DNA from: a virus
IMG/VR virus record: IMGVR_UViG_3300045988_010345
Direction: 5' to 3' (one strand)
DNA length: 64,000 nucleotides
In this document: one piece after another, positions 1-10,209 of the stretch
Layout of the letters: the number at the start of each line of letters is the position of its first letter
Numbering within the stretch: the stretch's first letter is position 1
Made by a program: the position numbers and the translations under genes
Notes under the pieces: generated by a model
Told to the model about the DNA's origin: nothing
What the model saw: the letters and a program-made list of their open reading frames with translations, nothing else
The model's database searches: none

Positions 1-1161
1 AGGAAGTTTAGTAAGTTCCTCTATCATATCATGGGCACAAATAGCACAAATTTCTGTTTCATCAAAGCCAAGCTCTTCTAATTTCTCATCTGTCACATAC
101 CATGTCAGATATTCTGCATAGGTATCTGCCCACATTTTGAAATTTTTCATGCCCTCTTTGCCTTTACCAAATCTCTTTTCATACAATGTAGGCATTGACT
201 TAGCCCATTTGGAAATGTCAATCTTACTATCATTAGAGATAATAATACTACCTGTAATCAATTGAAGTACAAGAGACTTCAAAGTGACTTTATCAAATGT
301 CACCTGACCATAAGGTAGATTATAGTTATCATCAAATGGCAAGTCGTCTGTATCATCAAAGAGAGTTGGCTGAACCACCTTAGGCTTATCAACCTCATTC
401 TTGACAAAATTTGCTGGACCTGCCTTTGTATTATAGGAATTAGCAATAACAGGCTTATAACCACCTTGATATACAGGTGTCTGAGCTTTCTTGGCTTTCT
501 CTGCCCTTTCTGCTTTAGCTTGCTTGATTTCTTCAAGTCTTGCTGCCATGTCTGGAAAGGAATAATTTTCACCTTCTTTCTCTATTTTAAGATAGAACCA
601 CTCAATCTCATCTGCATCACTTACATATTCCCTAGTGTCCTGTTTTTCACCATCACCAAAAAATTCATAAGATACAGACTCCATGACCTGCTTTGACTTG
701 ATTCTCCTTGTGATTGCAGCAGTATAGGAACCTGCATTATTCACAATAAGAGACACAAAATTGTTTCTATCCCTACCTTCTTCCTTCAGAGTAGCAGTAT
801 CTGTTCCACTGAAGAAAGTACTCATATTGTTATGGGAATGTATAAGACCCATTTGACAATCAAGCAGCTCAGGATTTTCACACATATAGGATATTACATC
901 AGGATTCATATCAAACTCTGTATAGGCTTGAGTTCCAATATCCATGATATAAATATCCACACATCTTATTACAAGGTCATTATTTTCAAATGAACCTTCA
1001 TGTGTAAAGAATAGTGTACCTGACCATTCGGTACTCCATACCTTTTGGCAGGCAAATCTTATTTTTCTCTCCACTTCTGCTGGGATAATCAGCTTATAAT
1101 TATAAGTACCTGACTTCTGTACCAAGCTGATTACTTTCGTGGGTTGCTTTACTTCTTCCAT
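1..1161 (-). CDS. JAB/MPN+ (JAMM) metalloisopeptidase-like protein; C-terminus runs off the window start
   Basis: Own minus-strand translation: open frame from ATG at 1161-1159 down to position 1, absent from the ORF track because no stop lies in the window. N-terminal domain has ...STEWSGTLFF... (conserved Glu) and LIHSHNNMSTFFSGTD, which is H-x-H-x7-S-x2-D, the JAMM motif as in Rpn11/CSN5 and Prok-JAB. Confidence 0.7.
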   Translation of the reverse strand, partial: MEEVKQPTKVISLVQKSGTYNYKLIIPAEVERKIRFACQKVWSTEWSGTLFFTHEGSFENNDLVIRCVDIYIMDIGTQAYTEFDMNPDVISYMCENPELLDCQMGLIHSHNNMSTFFSGTDTATLKEEGRDRNNFVSLIVNNAGSYTAAITRRIKSKQVMESVSYEFFGDGEKQDTREYVSDADEIEWFYLKIEKEGENYSFPDMAARLEEIKQAKAERAEKAKKAQTPVYQGGYKPVIANSYNTKAGPANFVKNEVDKPKVVQPTLFDDTDDLPFDDNYNLPYGQVTFDKVTLKSLVLQLITGSIIISNDSKIDISKWAKSMPTLYEKRFGKGKEGMKNFKMWADTYAEYLTWYVTDEKLEELGFDETEICAICAHDMIEELTKLP

Positions 1162-2431
1162 ATCTATAATTTAACACTTTAAGTATTGTTGCTAATATGT
1201 ATAGTGCAGTATGAGTATTAAGAATTATACTCTTATTCTCATTCCTTACCTCAGCAAAATCTGTAATATCAATAGTGACTTCTCTTCCCTTGAACATGCA
1301 AACCTTCTTGCCTATATATTGGGCATAGTTATTTACATTGTTCCTGCCTCTATCATAGTAAATCTTCCCATTATCTATGATACATTCTTCCAAGATGCCT
1401 TCTCTCTTCAATTTTGCAAACTTGGCAGTTAGCTCCTCTTTATTAAACTGGTCATTATACCACTTAATAAATTCATTGCTAATAAGTACAATAAACTCAA
1501 TAAGTGACATACCAATAGAATAAGAGCCATTTACATAATTGAATTTAAGTTTCTTTGAATTGATAAAGCCTCTTATAAACTCCTTCAACTTATCAGAACT
1601 AAGAGCACCTTCATAGTAGTCTGGTGATAGATATGTAATAAACCTGTCTACACCCATCTCCATGTTATCAGTACCTAACCTTTCCAAATAGTTATAAGGT
1701 CTGCCAGCAATGGATTCTACAGTTACATATTTACTTAGCTCAAGACAAAACATATTCCACATATCCTCATCATAATCCCTATTGAGGGCACTAATAGTGC
1801 CATTGATGGGACCACTGCCTGTGCAAGGACTCTGAAAATAGGTAAAGTCATTTGTAGGAATACAACTGATATGACTGTGCATATATCCACTACTAAAGTG
1901 AAGCATAGTATATTCTGACCTGTTAAGTTTAAATCCGCCATTCAACGTGCCATCATACATTACTTTCACCTTAGCCCACAGGTGGTTAATATCCACAAAT
2001 CTGTCATGCTCATTAGTTACTCTTACATGAGGAAAATGTACAAGAATGAATATGTCATTGAACTTAGCATTACCAATTTTTTCCTTTGCTGTAGTATTTG
2101 TAAGCACATTTACAACCTTTTCTATCTGGTCTCCAGGTAAATCAGTAATAGCTCGTGTTCTATACATGCTCCAATCATTCCTGTTCATGCTTACAATATC
2201 ACCATTAGGAATATAAGTAGACAAAGGCTCTATACTCATCCAAGATTTGAACTTGTCCAAACTCCAATATCCTTGCATATCAACTTTATCTTCCCCAAAG
2301 AAATCATTGAATATGCTTAATACTTGGAGTGGTCTGCTCATCAAGGAGTTATACAGTTCTTCTATCTTCCCCTCAATTAATTTAATTGTTTCTCCACTCA
2401 TATTACTGTAAAAAAAGTAGGTAAGGGGCAT
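1100..2431 (-). CDS. hypothetical protein (443 aa)
   Basis: Long ORF. ATG at 2431 is preceded by AAGGAGGT on the coding strand. The 3' end overlaps the JAB gene start by 62 nt. Contains MHSHISC and CTGSGP but no motif I can assign. Confidence 0.75.
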   Translation of the reverse strand: MPLTYFFYSNMSGETIKLIEGKIEELYNSLMSRPLQVLSIFNDFFGEDKVDMQGYWSLDKFKSWMSIEPLSTYIPNGDIVSMNRNDWSMYRTRAITDLPGDQIEKVVNVLTNTTAKEKIGNAKFNDIFILVHFPHVRVTNEHDRFVDINHLWAKVKVMYDGTLNGGFKLNRSEYTMLHFSSGYMHSHISCIPTNDFTYFQSPCTGSGPINGTISALNRDYDEDMWNMFCLELSKYVTVESIAGRPYNYLERLGTDNMEMGVDRFITYLSPDYYEGALSSDKLKEFIRGFINSKKLKFNYVNGSYSIGMSLIEFIVLISNEFIKWYNDQFNKEELTAKFAKLKREGILEECIIDNGKIYYDRGRNNVNNYAQYIGKKVCMFKGREVTIDITDFAEVRNENKSIILNTHTALYILATILKVLNYRYGRSKATHESNQLGTEVRYL

Positions 2432-2463
2432 TTCTAACCTCCTTACCTACTATTACTTGTTTT

Positions 2464-3171
2464 TTAGTCGACTCCCATTCCTGCGAACATATCATCAATC
2501 TCATCATCAGAGTAAGGGGAAGCTGACTTAGGTTTACACTTCTCAGAAGGTGCAGCACTTACTGCAACTTCACCTCCAAGGACATCAAGCACTTCCTCTT
2601 TCTCATAATCCTCAATTGTGCCATTATCCTCAAGAATTACTACCAACTTTCTAATAGCAGCTCTTGCTACAGTATCAACATACTCACCATCATTACTTGC
2701 AGGTGCCTCTGTCTTTTCCTCAGCCTTAGCCTCAGCTTTAGGAGCAACAGAAGCAGGCTTTGAGGCACTATAGTCCTGTACCAATGCAATAAGGTCAGCA
2801 GTCTTACACATAGTGAAATTCTTACCAAACTTCTCTACACAAGCATTCTGCAAACCCATAGATTTGATAGCACTATATGCCTCAGTTCTACTCATCGCAG
2901 TAGCACCACTTTTGATTTTCTTGTTGGTGTTAGTAAGCATGAAAACCAACTCATTGGTGATAGTTCCCTTGTAAGGAACATCATGAGGAAGAACAGAATC
3001 ATCATTCTTCAATTCAACCTTTGATGTGCCCTCAAAGAAGGTCATACCATCATAGTCAATATCATTGGCTCTCAAGTCACTTTTCAATTCAGCAAGGGTT
3101 GTAGCTGCTGACATAATAACACTTTTTTTCTGATTCTTAGTCTGTACGACTGTAATTTTTCTTGCTTCCAT
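2464..3171 (-). CDS. hypothetical protein (235 aa) with A/E/K-rich linker and acidic C-terminus
   Basis: ORF track. Coding-like composition. Central APKAEAKAEEKTEAP linker. Confidence 0.7.
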   Translation of the reverse strand: MEARKITVVQTKNQKKSVIMSAATTLAELKSDLRANDIDYDGMTFFEGTSKVELKNDDSVLPHDVPYKGTITNELVFMLTNTNKKIKSGATAMSRTEAYSAIKSMGLQNACVEKFGKNFTMCKTADLIALVQDYSASKPASVAPKAEAKAEEKTEAPASNDGEYVDTVARAAIRKLVVILEDNGTIEDYEKEEVLDVLGGEVAVSAAPSEKCKPKSASPYSDDEIDDMFAGMGVD

Positions 3172-3212
3172 GTTTTTACTTTTTTTTTAAATTGAACTTT
3201 TGAAACTTTAAT

Positions 3213-4247
3213 CTATACAAAAGGCAAATCATTCCAATCATTGTCCTCTTGTCTTGAAGAGTTGAATAGAGGCTTGATTATTCTAAGGAACTCATCTTTG
3301 CCCTTAGCCTTATACAAGTCTGAAATATCTTTCCCTTCATTAAAGGGTGGTAATACTACATTAGTAAATCCTGTTTCTTCAGATAATTTCTGGGCATCTT
3401 TTAATCCTGGCTCATCATTATCCAAGCAAATGAAGACTTGTTTATATCTCCTTTTCAATTCACTAATTGCAGTATCACTCATCCTATATCCCTCACCTTG
3501 AATAGCAAGAGATGGAATACCTGTATTAGCCCATAGACATAAAGCATCTTTTAATGAAGAACAAATACAAATCTGTTCCCCATATTCAGGTACTTTAGTC
3601 CACAGACTTACTACAGAATTGTCATGCTTGTTACTCCATTTATAACCAGCTTTATTGAAAGGCTGATATATCTTTAGAGTAACTTTACCTTCCTTGTGTT
3701 CTACATAAGCATAGGCATATTTGTCAGCTCCGAACACATATCTATGACCATTTTTTATGACAATCTTATGAGATATAGGGTAAACCTCTGCATACTTGAG
3801 CCATTCTAAAGTTATACCATAGGATGCCCAATATTCAATATCATAATCTCTCCAATCTCTGACTTTGCACTGCAAGTCTGTGTCCTTATTGTAACTACTT
3901 GTACTTCTTACAGCACAGGGAGTGTATGAATGAATACTGGCACCACCACAGAACTTTGAAATGTCCTCATTAACCCTTGTTAGAACTTCCTTATAACTAC
4001 AGTTCCACATATGACCAAGAAGGTCAAATAGACCTCCTCTATCTCTCGTGGATAAGTCTGTATAAAATATTCTTCTACCATTAGTAGAATAAAGACCAAA
4101 AGAGGGTCTTCTATCCTGTCTAAGGGGACTATTTATAATACAAGGAACCTCTGTGACTCCTAAGTAATATGACAGAATGTCTGCCTCTGTCACTTTACTT
4201 AGAATATCATCAAGGCTCACAGAAGATTTACCTTTGCTGATTGCCAT
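3213..4247 (-). CDS. DNA primase, DnaG-like TOPRIM domain
   Basis: C-terminal half has LAIQGEGY (TOPRIM Glu) and FICLDNDEPG (DxD motif) followed by KDISD. It lies in the replication cluster. Confidence 0.8.
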   Translation of the reverse strand: MAISKGKSSVSLDDILSKVTEADILSYYLGVTEVPCIINSPLRQDRRPSFGLYSTNGRRIFYTDLSTRDRGGLFDLLGHMWNCSYKEVLTRVNEDISKFCGGASIHSYTPCAVRSTSSYNKDTDLQCKVRDWRDYDIEYWASYGITLEWLKYAEVYPISHKIVIKNGHRYVFGADKYAYAYVEHKEGKVTLKIYQPFNKAGYKWSNKHDNSVVSLWTKVPEYGEQICICSSLKDALCLWANTGIPSLAIQGEGYRMSDTAISELKRRYKQVFICLDNDEPGLKDAQKLSEETGFTNVVLPPFNEGKDISDLYKAKGKDEFLRIIKPLFNSSRQEDNDWNDLPFV

Positions 4248-4268
4248 TTTTTTTGCTTTTTTTAATTA

Positions 4269-5216
4269 CTACTTACCAAAATCCCAAGGTGTACCACCAT
4301 CATTGCTGGGAGGGAAGGGCATATCACCTGCTGCACCAGAGTTACTGAGGTCTGTAGATTCTACATTATACTCCTTCAAATCACATACAGTAAACTCAGT
4401 AGTAGGATATGCACCAGCAGCCTTTCTTTCCTGCAAGTTTTCATCCAACTTACTGTAATCAGTGGTGATGTTCCTCAAGAACATCTGATTATAAACAGCC
4501 TGATACTGCTTGTTATCATCGGTGGTTTTTACACCAAACAATACCTTAACCCTGTTATTAGGCTGCAATGCAATAACATCTCTCAGCTCCTTGAAATTGC
4601 CATTGAAGTACTCAGCAATGTTCTCAAGTCTTGCTTCACAATCCTCAGGATTGTCTACCATAACCCAGGTATTATTGACATACTTCATTACATTAGGAAT
4701 GTTGAGGTATGCCTTGATGAATTTAGTAAGTTCTTCCTCACCAGAATAAGCAGGTCTATAGTCCTTATCAATGTTGGCAGGACCATTCTTATATACAGGA
4801 ATTTCATGTGCCTTAGCCTGCTCTACAGTAACCCAAGCAGTTCTACCATACTTATCAATTACCTGTACCTTAGTCTTATCTCTATTGTATCTGTATTCCT
4901 TTCTGATGAAGAAAGGTACCTTAGTAGTAAATTCAATACCACTACACTTCTCAGCATCAGTCTTAACAATGAAGTCAAGTCTGACATTCTGTACCTTGTG
5001 CTTATCCTCACCTACCTCAACTTCACTCAAATACTCAGGGTCATTTTCAAGCTGGGTATTATACAGCTTCTCCAACTCTGCCTTGTTAGGATTTACAGCC
5101 AATACAAATACAGGAGCCACACCTATATATCTCTTTACTGCATTACCTTCCTTACTCTCTGTTCCTTTACTGAATGCCATGAAAGCATATCCAACTTTTT
5201 TATTATTCTTGTTCAT
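4269..5216 (-). CDS. putative single-stranded DNA-binding protein (T7 gp2.5-like class)
   Basis: 315 aa between primase and ATPase. C-terminal tail ...GDMPFPPSNDGGTPWDFGK is acidic/aromatic, as in phage SSB tails. Assigned by context only. Confidence 0.4.
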   Translation of the reverse strand: MNKNNKKVGYAFMAFSKGTESKEGNAVKRYIGVAPVFVLAVNPNKAELEKLYNTQLENDPEYLSEVEVGEDKHKVQNVRLDFIVKTDAEKCSGIEFTTKVPFFIRKEYRYNRDKTKVQVIDKYGRTAWVTVEQAKAHEIPVYKNGPANIDKDYRPAYSGEEELTKFIKAYLNIPNVMKYVNNTWVMVDNPEDCEARLENIAEYFNGNFKELRDVIALQPNNRVKVLFGVKTTDDNKQYQAVYNQMFLRNITTDYSKLDENLQERKAAGAYPTTEFTVCDLKEYNVESTDLSNSGAAGDMPFPPSNDGGTPWDFGK

Positions 5217-5284
5217 ATTCTTATTTTTTTTGTTTCTAAACTAATTACTCTTCAAAAAAAAAGCAGTCTGTCACCAGCTTCTGA

Positions 5285-5728
5285 TTAAAGGTTAGTAGGG
5301 TCAAAAGGAGCCTCTTCACCAGCTTTTACTTCTGTCTCAGGTGCCTTCTCAGTGTCATCTACTGTCTCAGGAGCAACATCTTCAACCTCAGGCTCCTCTG
5401 TATGAATCTCATACACATTAGCCTCTTCATTGAATACTACTGTACCAGCCTTAGGCTCATACTTAGTAACCTTTATAGGCTTGCCATCCTTATCAACCTT
5501 ACCAGTATCTTCTACCTTCTTGACAACCAAGTCTTCACTTGTAAGACCACCTGTCAAAGCCTTAACACCCATCTCATGTCCTTCAATCTCCTCAGTCAGA
5601 GCATTATACTCTGCATTGAGTTCATTAATCTTGGCAGCAATCTTATTCTTCTTTACTACCAAAGGATTAACATTCTGTGCAATTCTTTTTACACCTGCAA
5701 ACTGTCTTACTGTTAATGTCTTATTCAT
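5285..5728 (-). CDS. hypothetical protein, coiled-coil N-terminus, acidic C-terminus
   Basis: 147-aa ORF in the gene-dense minus block. Confidence 0.6.
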   Translation of the reverse strand: MNKTLTVRQFAGVKRIAQNVNPLVVKKNKIAAKINELNAEYNALTEEIEGHEMGVKALTGGLTSEDLVVKKVEDTGKVDKDGKPIKVTKYEPKAGTVVFNEEANVYEIHTEEPEVEDVAPETVDDTEKAPETEVKAGEEAPFDPTNL

Positions 5729-5740
5729 AATAATTGAACT

Positions 5741-6004
5741 TTAATATAATAAAATACCTCTATTGTTAATACTTAATTTAAACACGTTAAACTTGATAAT
5801 ATAGTAACCAATTGCAGTTACTATGCAATTAAGAATTATATACATTGGTGATTGAGGTAGTGTTTTAATAAACAAATCAATCTTACTTTTCTCTTTACCT
5901 CTTTCCAATAAGAACTCTTCTAACATCTGTAACTGACTATTCATATCAAATGGTGTAATACCATATACTTGATTACCAAGTTCTACTGTCTTCTCTCTAT
6001 CCAT
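5741..6004 (-). CDS. hypothetical small protein with C-terminal hydrophobic segment
   Basis: 87-aa ORF overlapping the upstream ATPase gene end by 8 nt. Confidence 0.45.
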   Translation of the reverse strand: MDREKTVELGNQVYGITPFDMNSQLQMLEEFLLERGKEKSKIDLFIKTLPQSPMYIILNCIVTAIGYYIIKFNVFKLSINNRGILLY

Positions 6005-6767
6005 AAATCTCTCTCAATTTATCTACTACTATAGATAAATCATTAGGAATCTCATCAGGAAGGTCATCCAATGCACCAAGGCTGTCTTTAGCAGGATATT
6101 CTCCATCAAACTCCTTGACAAAGTGCTTGACAGGTCTCTTGTTTTCTGCATCATATCCTACCTTGCCAAAGAGGATAATATCAAATTTTCCTTCTGGTGT
6201 AATGTAATCATCAACCATCTTACCAGTGGTCTTGAACTTATAGGAAATGGAGTCACCATTCTTATCCTTGTACTCCTCATAGTGAGCACAGCAGATGATA
6301 TTCTTATCCTCAGGAAGTCCCTTAAAGGCATCAAAGATAAGACCCATTCCATAGCCAATTTGCTTAGGAGTGTCCCATCCACCCTTCATAGCATTAGCCA
6401 TATAGAAATCCTGTGCAAGATAATTGAAATCATCAATTACAATGTTCTTGAAAGGAGACTTCTTCAGCATATTTATGAGTTCTGCTATCACTGCAAACCT
6501 ATCAAGACCTGTAAGACTATCTACCTGTACTCTGTTACCTGTACCAAGGGCATTTACATTTGTAAGTTTCTGTGTAGGCTTACCTACATTCTCTACTCCA
6601 ATGCTACCTTCAATCAGCTTAAAGTTAGGGTTAGGAACACCCCTACCAATACACTGAATAACATAAGTTTCCTTTGGGTCAAGACCTTTAATGCCTAACT
6701 TCTCCCTACCACAGTAGGAAGTAGTCTTTCCAAAACCACTTTTTGCCAAAACTAAAATTTTTGCCAT
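5997..6767 (-). CDS. P-loop ATPase (RecA/Sak4-like or replication-associated AAA)
   Basis: Walker A LAKSGFGKTTS at the N-terminus. Walker B-like NIVIDDFNYL. Confidence 0.75.
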   Translation of the reverse strand: MAKILVLAKSGFGKTTSYCGREKLGIKGLDPKETYVIQCIGRGVPNPNFKLIEGSIGVENVGKPTQKLTNVNALGTGNRVQVDSLTGLDRFAVIAELINMLKKSPFKNIVIDDFNYLAQDFYMANAMKGGWDTPKQIGYGMGLIFDAFKGLPEDKNIICCAHYEEYKDKNGDSISYKFKTTGKMVDDYITPEGKFDIILFGKVGYDAENKRPVKHFVKEFDGEYPAKDSLGALDDLPDEIPNDLSIVVDKLREIYG

Positions 6768-6791
6768 TGTTTTTGTTTTATAATGTTACTT

Positions 6792-7997
6792 TTACTTGAA
6801 AAGGGCTGCAAATTTACTAAATAGTTTAGTTATCCACAACTCTTTATCTATTTTACTTATTCCATAGCTAAAAAATGACTTAGCTATCTTTGCTCTCATG
6901 TCTTGGAGAGATTTATATACGTTCTGTATCTTAGGGTCATCAGCTTTTGGGAGTTCACTGAAATAGTTGGCAGCTCCATCAAAATATAAAGCTATTATAC
7001 CTCCTGGACTTCCACCTCTATTGATAAGCACCTCTAAGAATCTACAGTTATCCCTTAGCTTTGAAATGTCATAACCAAAGTATTCTTTAAGTTCATACTT
7101 GAAAGGGCTAAATATACCTAAGGCTACATTACAATCTCTCATAGTATACTTTGAATCAGCAGCTCCTGCAACTGTAGGTCTTACTCTATTGAGTTTTATG
7201 TTTTCAATACCTTCATTTTCAAAGGCTTGCTGTTGTACAATTACAGGACTAAAATTATATCTGTTTCTAAGTATAACACAATACTCACTTAATTTGTCAA
7301 TACTTTGTTTCAAGGACATTCCTCTCTCAGTATTAGTCAATGATATATGGTCATAGAATATAATTCTATACTCATCTGGGTCATTAGACTCATACCAATC
7401 AAAGGCATCCACAGTGGTAATTTCTCCTAATTCTCCTTTTATAGTTTGCTTCTTAGTATGTACAATACCATTACTCTCTGCATACTTTCTACATTCATTA
7501 TATACTCCTGTAGGATTTGTAGATGCACTAAATATAACATTACTTTCAAAGAATTTAAGAATATCCAAATACTCGTCCTTTTTGAGTAAGTCTATTATAG
7601 TTTCATCTAACACTTTATTATTCCTGACAGACCTCAAGTCAGTTGGGCTAATTCTTATCTTGTAGCCACTCAATGTGTAGAGCAGATAAGACATGAATCT
7701 TGTCATAATATCTTCAGGAGTTTCCTCCAAAGGATAATAGAATATCTTAACTCTCAGCTTGTCAGGATTATTATAGGCATAAAGTAGAGTATTATATATG
7801 AATAAATAAGATGCTATCTGAGTCTTAGCTGACTTTGTTGAGCCAGTTACAACATAATACTTACCCTGCTCTACTCCCAAGAAATCCTCACTAAATCTAA
7901 TAAAGGGAGAAGGAATAGAGTTTATACCACTATTGATGACTTTCTTTCTTCTCTCTTCAAGACCATTTAATACTCTATTTATAAGACTTTTATCCAT
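6792..7997 (-). CDS. DnaB-like replicative helicase (RecA-fold C-terminal domain)
   Basis: Deviant Walker A VVTGSTKSAKTQ. Walker B IIFYDHISL. C-terminal NRGGSPGGIIALYFDG resembles the DnaB motif K-x-R-N-G-x-x-G...F. Confidence 0.65.
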   Translation of the reverse strand: MDKSLINRVLNGLEERRKKVINSGINSIPSPFIRFSEDFLGVEQGKYYVVTGSTKSAKTQIASYLFIYNTLLYAYNNPDKLRVKIFYYPLEETPEDIMTRFMSYLLYTLSGYKIRISPTDLRSVRNNKVLDETIIDLLKKDEYLDILKFFESNVIFSASTNPTGVYNECRKYAESNGIVHTKKQTIKGELGEITTVDAFDWYESNDPDEYRIIFYDHISLTNTERGMSLKQSIDKLSEYCVILRNRYNFSPVIVQQQAFENEGIENIKLNRVRPTVAGAADSKYTMRDCNVALGIFSPFKYELKEYFGYDISKLRDNCRFLEVLINRGGSPGGIIALYFDGAANYFSELPKADDPKIQNVYKSLQDMRAKIAKSFFSYGISKIDKELWITKLFSKFAALFK

Positions 7998-7998
7998 A

Positions 7999-8598
7999 CT
8001 ATCTTAACTCTGTATTCCAATCCTTACTTAGAGTATCTTCTTGTCCAGAGTTCTCAATATAACTAATCAATTCTGAGTCTCCTTCAACCTCACCAGCAGC
8101 ACCAACTTTCTCTTTGAATATGAAATACTTCAGTAACCTCATATATGTATAGTTCCCATTGAAACCCTCCACATACTTACTGGTTGCCTGTATGATTTGC
8201 TCATCAGTATAAGTATTTCCATACTTCTTAAAGAATAGCTTCAATCTTCGTACAATTAAAGCTACTCCATCTGCCCAATAATAGTTAGTGCCATCTTTCT
8301 TACCTTTAGGGAATATCTCCTTTAGCCTTGTAGCCAACTGAACTAACCTATCATTAGGTTCTTGTTTTTTATCAGAGTCTACAATTACAGAATCTATTAC
8401 CTCAGTGCCCTTATTAGTAAGCCTCCATCCAATCTGCTGAAACAGGTCATTCCTGTTAGCAGTTATATAGCCTTTCTTGATTAGCTCCTTTTGAGCTACA
8501 TCAAGGTCAGCATTATTATGGATAGCAAGCATCAAGAGAGCCTCAGCAAGACTAATATTGTTCTTCTGACACCCTTCTTTACTTAAACATATTGTCAT
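7999..8598 (-). CDS. hypothetical protein, possible winged-helix / replisome-organizer-like
   Basis: 199-aa ORF lying between the two helicase genes, 1 nt from the DnaB-like gene and overlapping the SF2 helicase gene by 4 nt. No firm motif. Confidence 0.6.
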   Translation of the reverse strand: MTICLSKEGCQKNNISLAEALLMLAIHNNADLDVAQKELIKKGYITANRNDLFQQIGWRLTNKGTEVIDSVIVDSDKKQEPNDRLVQLATRLKEIFPKGKKDGTNYYWADGVALIVRRLKLFFKKYGNTYTDEQIIQATSKYVEGFNGNYTYMRLLKYFIFKEKVGAAGEVEGDSELISYIENSGQEDTLSKDWNTELR

Positions 8599-9734
8599 AA
8601 CTTAATGTCATTAATACTATCAACACTAATGATAGAATCCTCAGAGTACTCCTCTATCATCTTCTGCACAAGTTCTTCTTCCCTTGTATCCTTGAAATAA
8701 GGTATGATGATAATAGGGGATTTATGTCTAAGTATTCTACCAACTCTTTGCTTTACTACAATCTCTGAACTATTCAAGTTGCAGAATATACCTATCCTAC
8801 AATTAGTCAAGTTCACACCTTCATTGAGTATGTTACAGGCAGTAATATGCTTAATCTTGTTGAGATTAAACATTTCAAGGTTCTTCACTGAAGCCTTATT
8901 CTTTGAGGTGATATTATATTTACCCAACCTCTCTGACTGTTCAATACTACTACAAAAAGTCAAAGTCTTGTAATTTCTGAATTTGTCAAGAAGAGATGAT
9001 ACAAGGGCTTCCTTCTGTTCAGCACACCACTTCAACCTTTTACCTGCTGTTGAAAGCCATAAGTTCTTTATCCTCTCATTTCTTGAGTTAAAGTACTTAT
9101 TCTTGTACCACTCTATAAGTGAAGAGACACTATCATAGTAACCTTTCTGAGTAGTAGTAACCTCCTTACCAAATCTTTTGGTTCTGTATTTACATATAGA
9201 ATTATCCAAGGTTAAGGGCAACAGATACACTGTAGGCTCAGGCAATACTTCATCTTCTACAGCCTCTTTAAGACCACATTTAATGACCTCAGCCTTATGG
9301 TTGTAGATGAAATAATCCCTCATATCTCTCTTGATAGTGGCAGACAATCCAATGAAAGATTCATTAATATTGATAGTCTCCAATACATCAATTCTTGCTT
9401 CTGACAAATGCTGCATCTCATCTGCCACTACTACATCAAAGCATGAGTTCTCATAATTCTTCAGTGACTCATAGCATTCAATAGTAATATAGTCAGACTT
9501 GATACCTCCCCATTTCTCAATCTCATCCTTCCAAGTCTGTTTATGCACAGTCTTAGCCACAAGGATGAGTATAGTAGTAGGACATCCATCATTTCTGAAT
9601 ACCCTATCACATATATGATTAATAAGGTCTATTGCTACCTTAGTCTTACCCATTCCAGTTATCAACTCAAGTATCAAGTACTTAGCCTTATCTATCTTAG
9701 ATAAAGCCAAGCTATTCACTTCTTCTCTTGTCAT
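8595..9734 (-). CDS. SF2 (DEAD/SNF2-like) helicase
   Basis: Motif I TGMGKTK, motif II VVADEMQHL (DExH), motif III SAT, motif VI QRVGRILR. Confidence 0.85.
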   Translation of the reverse strand: MTREEVNSLALSKIDKAKYLILELITGMGKTKVAIDLINHICDRVFRNDGCPTTILILVAKTVHKQTWKDEIEKWGGIKSDYITIECYESLKNYENSCFDVVVADEMQHLSEARIDVLETININESFIGLSATIKRDMRDYFIYNHKAEVIKCGLKEAVEDEVLPEPTVYLLPLTLDNSICKYRTKRFGKEVTTTQKGYYDSVSSLIEWYKNKYFNSRNERIKNLWLSTAGKRLKWCAEQKEALVSSLLDKFRNYKTLTFCSSIEQSERLGKYNITSKNKASVKNLEMFNLNKIKHITACNILNEGVNLTNCRIGIFCNLNSSEIVVKQRVGRILRHKSPIIIIPYFKDTREEELVQKMIEEYSEDSIISVDSINDIKL

Positions 9735-10209
9735 TTCTGTTTACAATTCCTTTTAATTTGCTAATGTAGTTAGGGTCTTTTGCATACCCTATGTCTAATA
9801 AAAACTTATAGTAATCATTCGGAGGTTTATATCTATGTTGCACATAGTCAAGATATGCAACCACGCTCTCAGTCCAATGGTCAAATGTGTGATACCTGTG
9901 TTTCTTGCTGTTATACAAGCCAAACAAGTTATTATCATTCAGACATAAGTCTGACTTAAAATGACCAGTTTCAAGTACAGCTTGTGCATAGACTATCTGA
10001 GGATGCTCAACCCCGTAATATTCTAATGCTTCCATCAAACCTTCTTGAGGTGACTTACTAAAGAAGTCTGGCTGCTTCTCTATATTATCTATGTGCAATA
10101 TCACCTTTATCTCAGGTGGCTTATTCCCCTTTGAGCAGGAATGCACTTGAATTGCTCCAAGTGCTCCCACTACTAAGGAAATAAGTACATTGAATACTTT
10201 CTGCTTCAT
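9712..10209 (-). CDS. GH73-type N-acetylglucosaminidase-like peptidoglycan hydrolase, probable lipoprotein
   Basis: Signal peptide ending ...AIQVHSC (lipobox-like). AQAVLETGHFKS...NNLFGL matches the catalytic region of the FlgJ/GH73 glucosaminidase family. Confidence 0.6.
   Translation of the reverse strand: MKQKVFNVLISLVVGALGAIQVHSCSKGNKPPEIKVILHIDNIEKQPDFFSKSPQEGLMEALEYYGVEHPQIVYAQAVLETGHFKSDLCLNDNNLFGLYNSKKHRYHTFDHWTESVVAYLDYVQHRYKPPNDYYKFLLDIGYAKDPNYISKLKGIVNRNDKRRSE

Noticed and set aside
300-696. Track ORFs 300-572 (-) and 466-696 (+).
   Set aside because: They are nested in other frames of the long, motif-bearing JAB/MPN reading frame that spans 1-1161 on the minus strand.
4177-5744. 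Multiple plus-strand ORFs (4177-4458, 4510-4749, 4771-5244, 4806-5288, 5402-5716 and 5430-5744) opposite minus-strand genes. Similar shadows occur at 6123-6698, 7099-7665, 40775-41017, 43193-43504, 44840-45271, 58755-59138 and elsewhere.
   Set aside because: They have Leu/Ser/Phe-rich low-complexity translations and no motifs. Each is fully contained within a better ORF on the strand used by all its neighbours.
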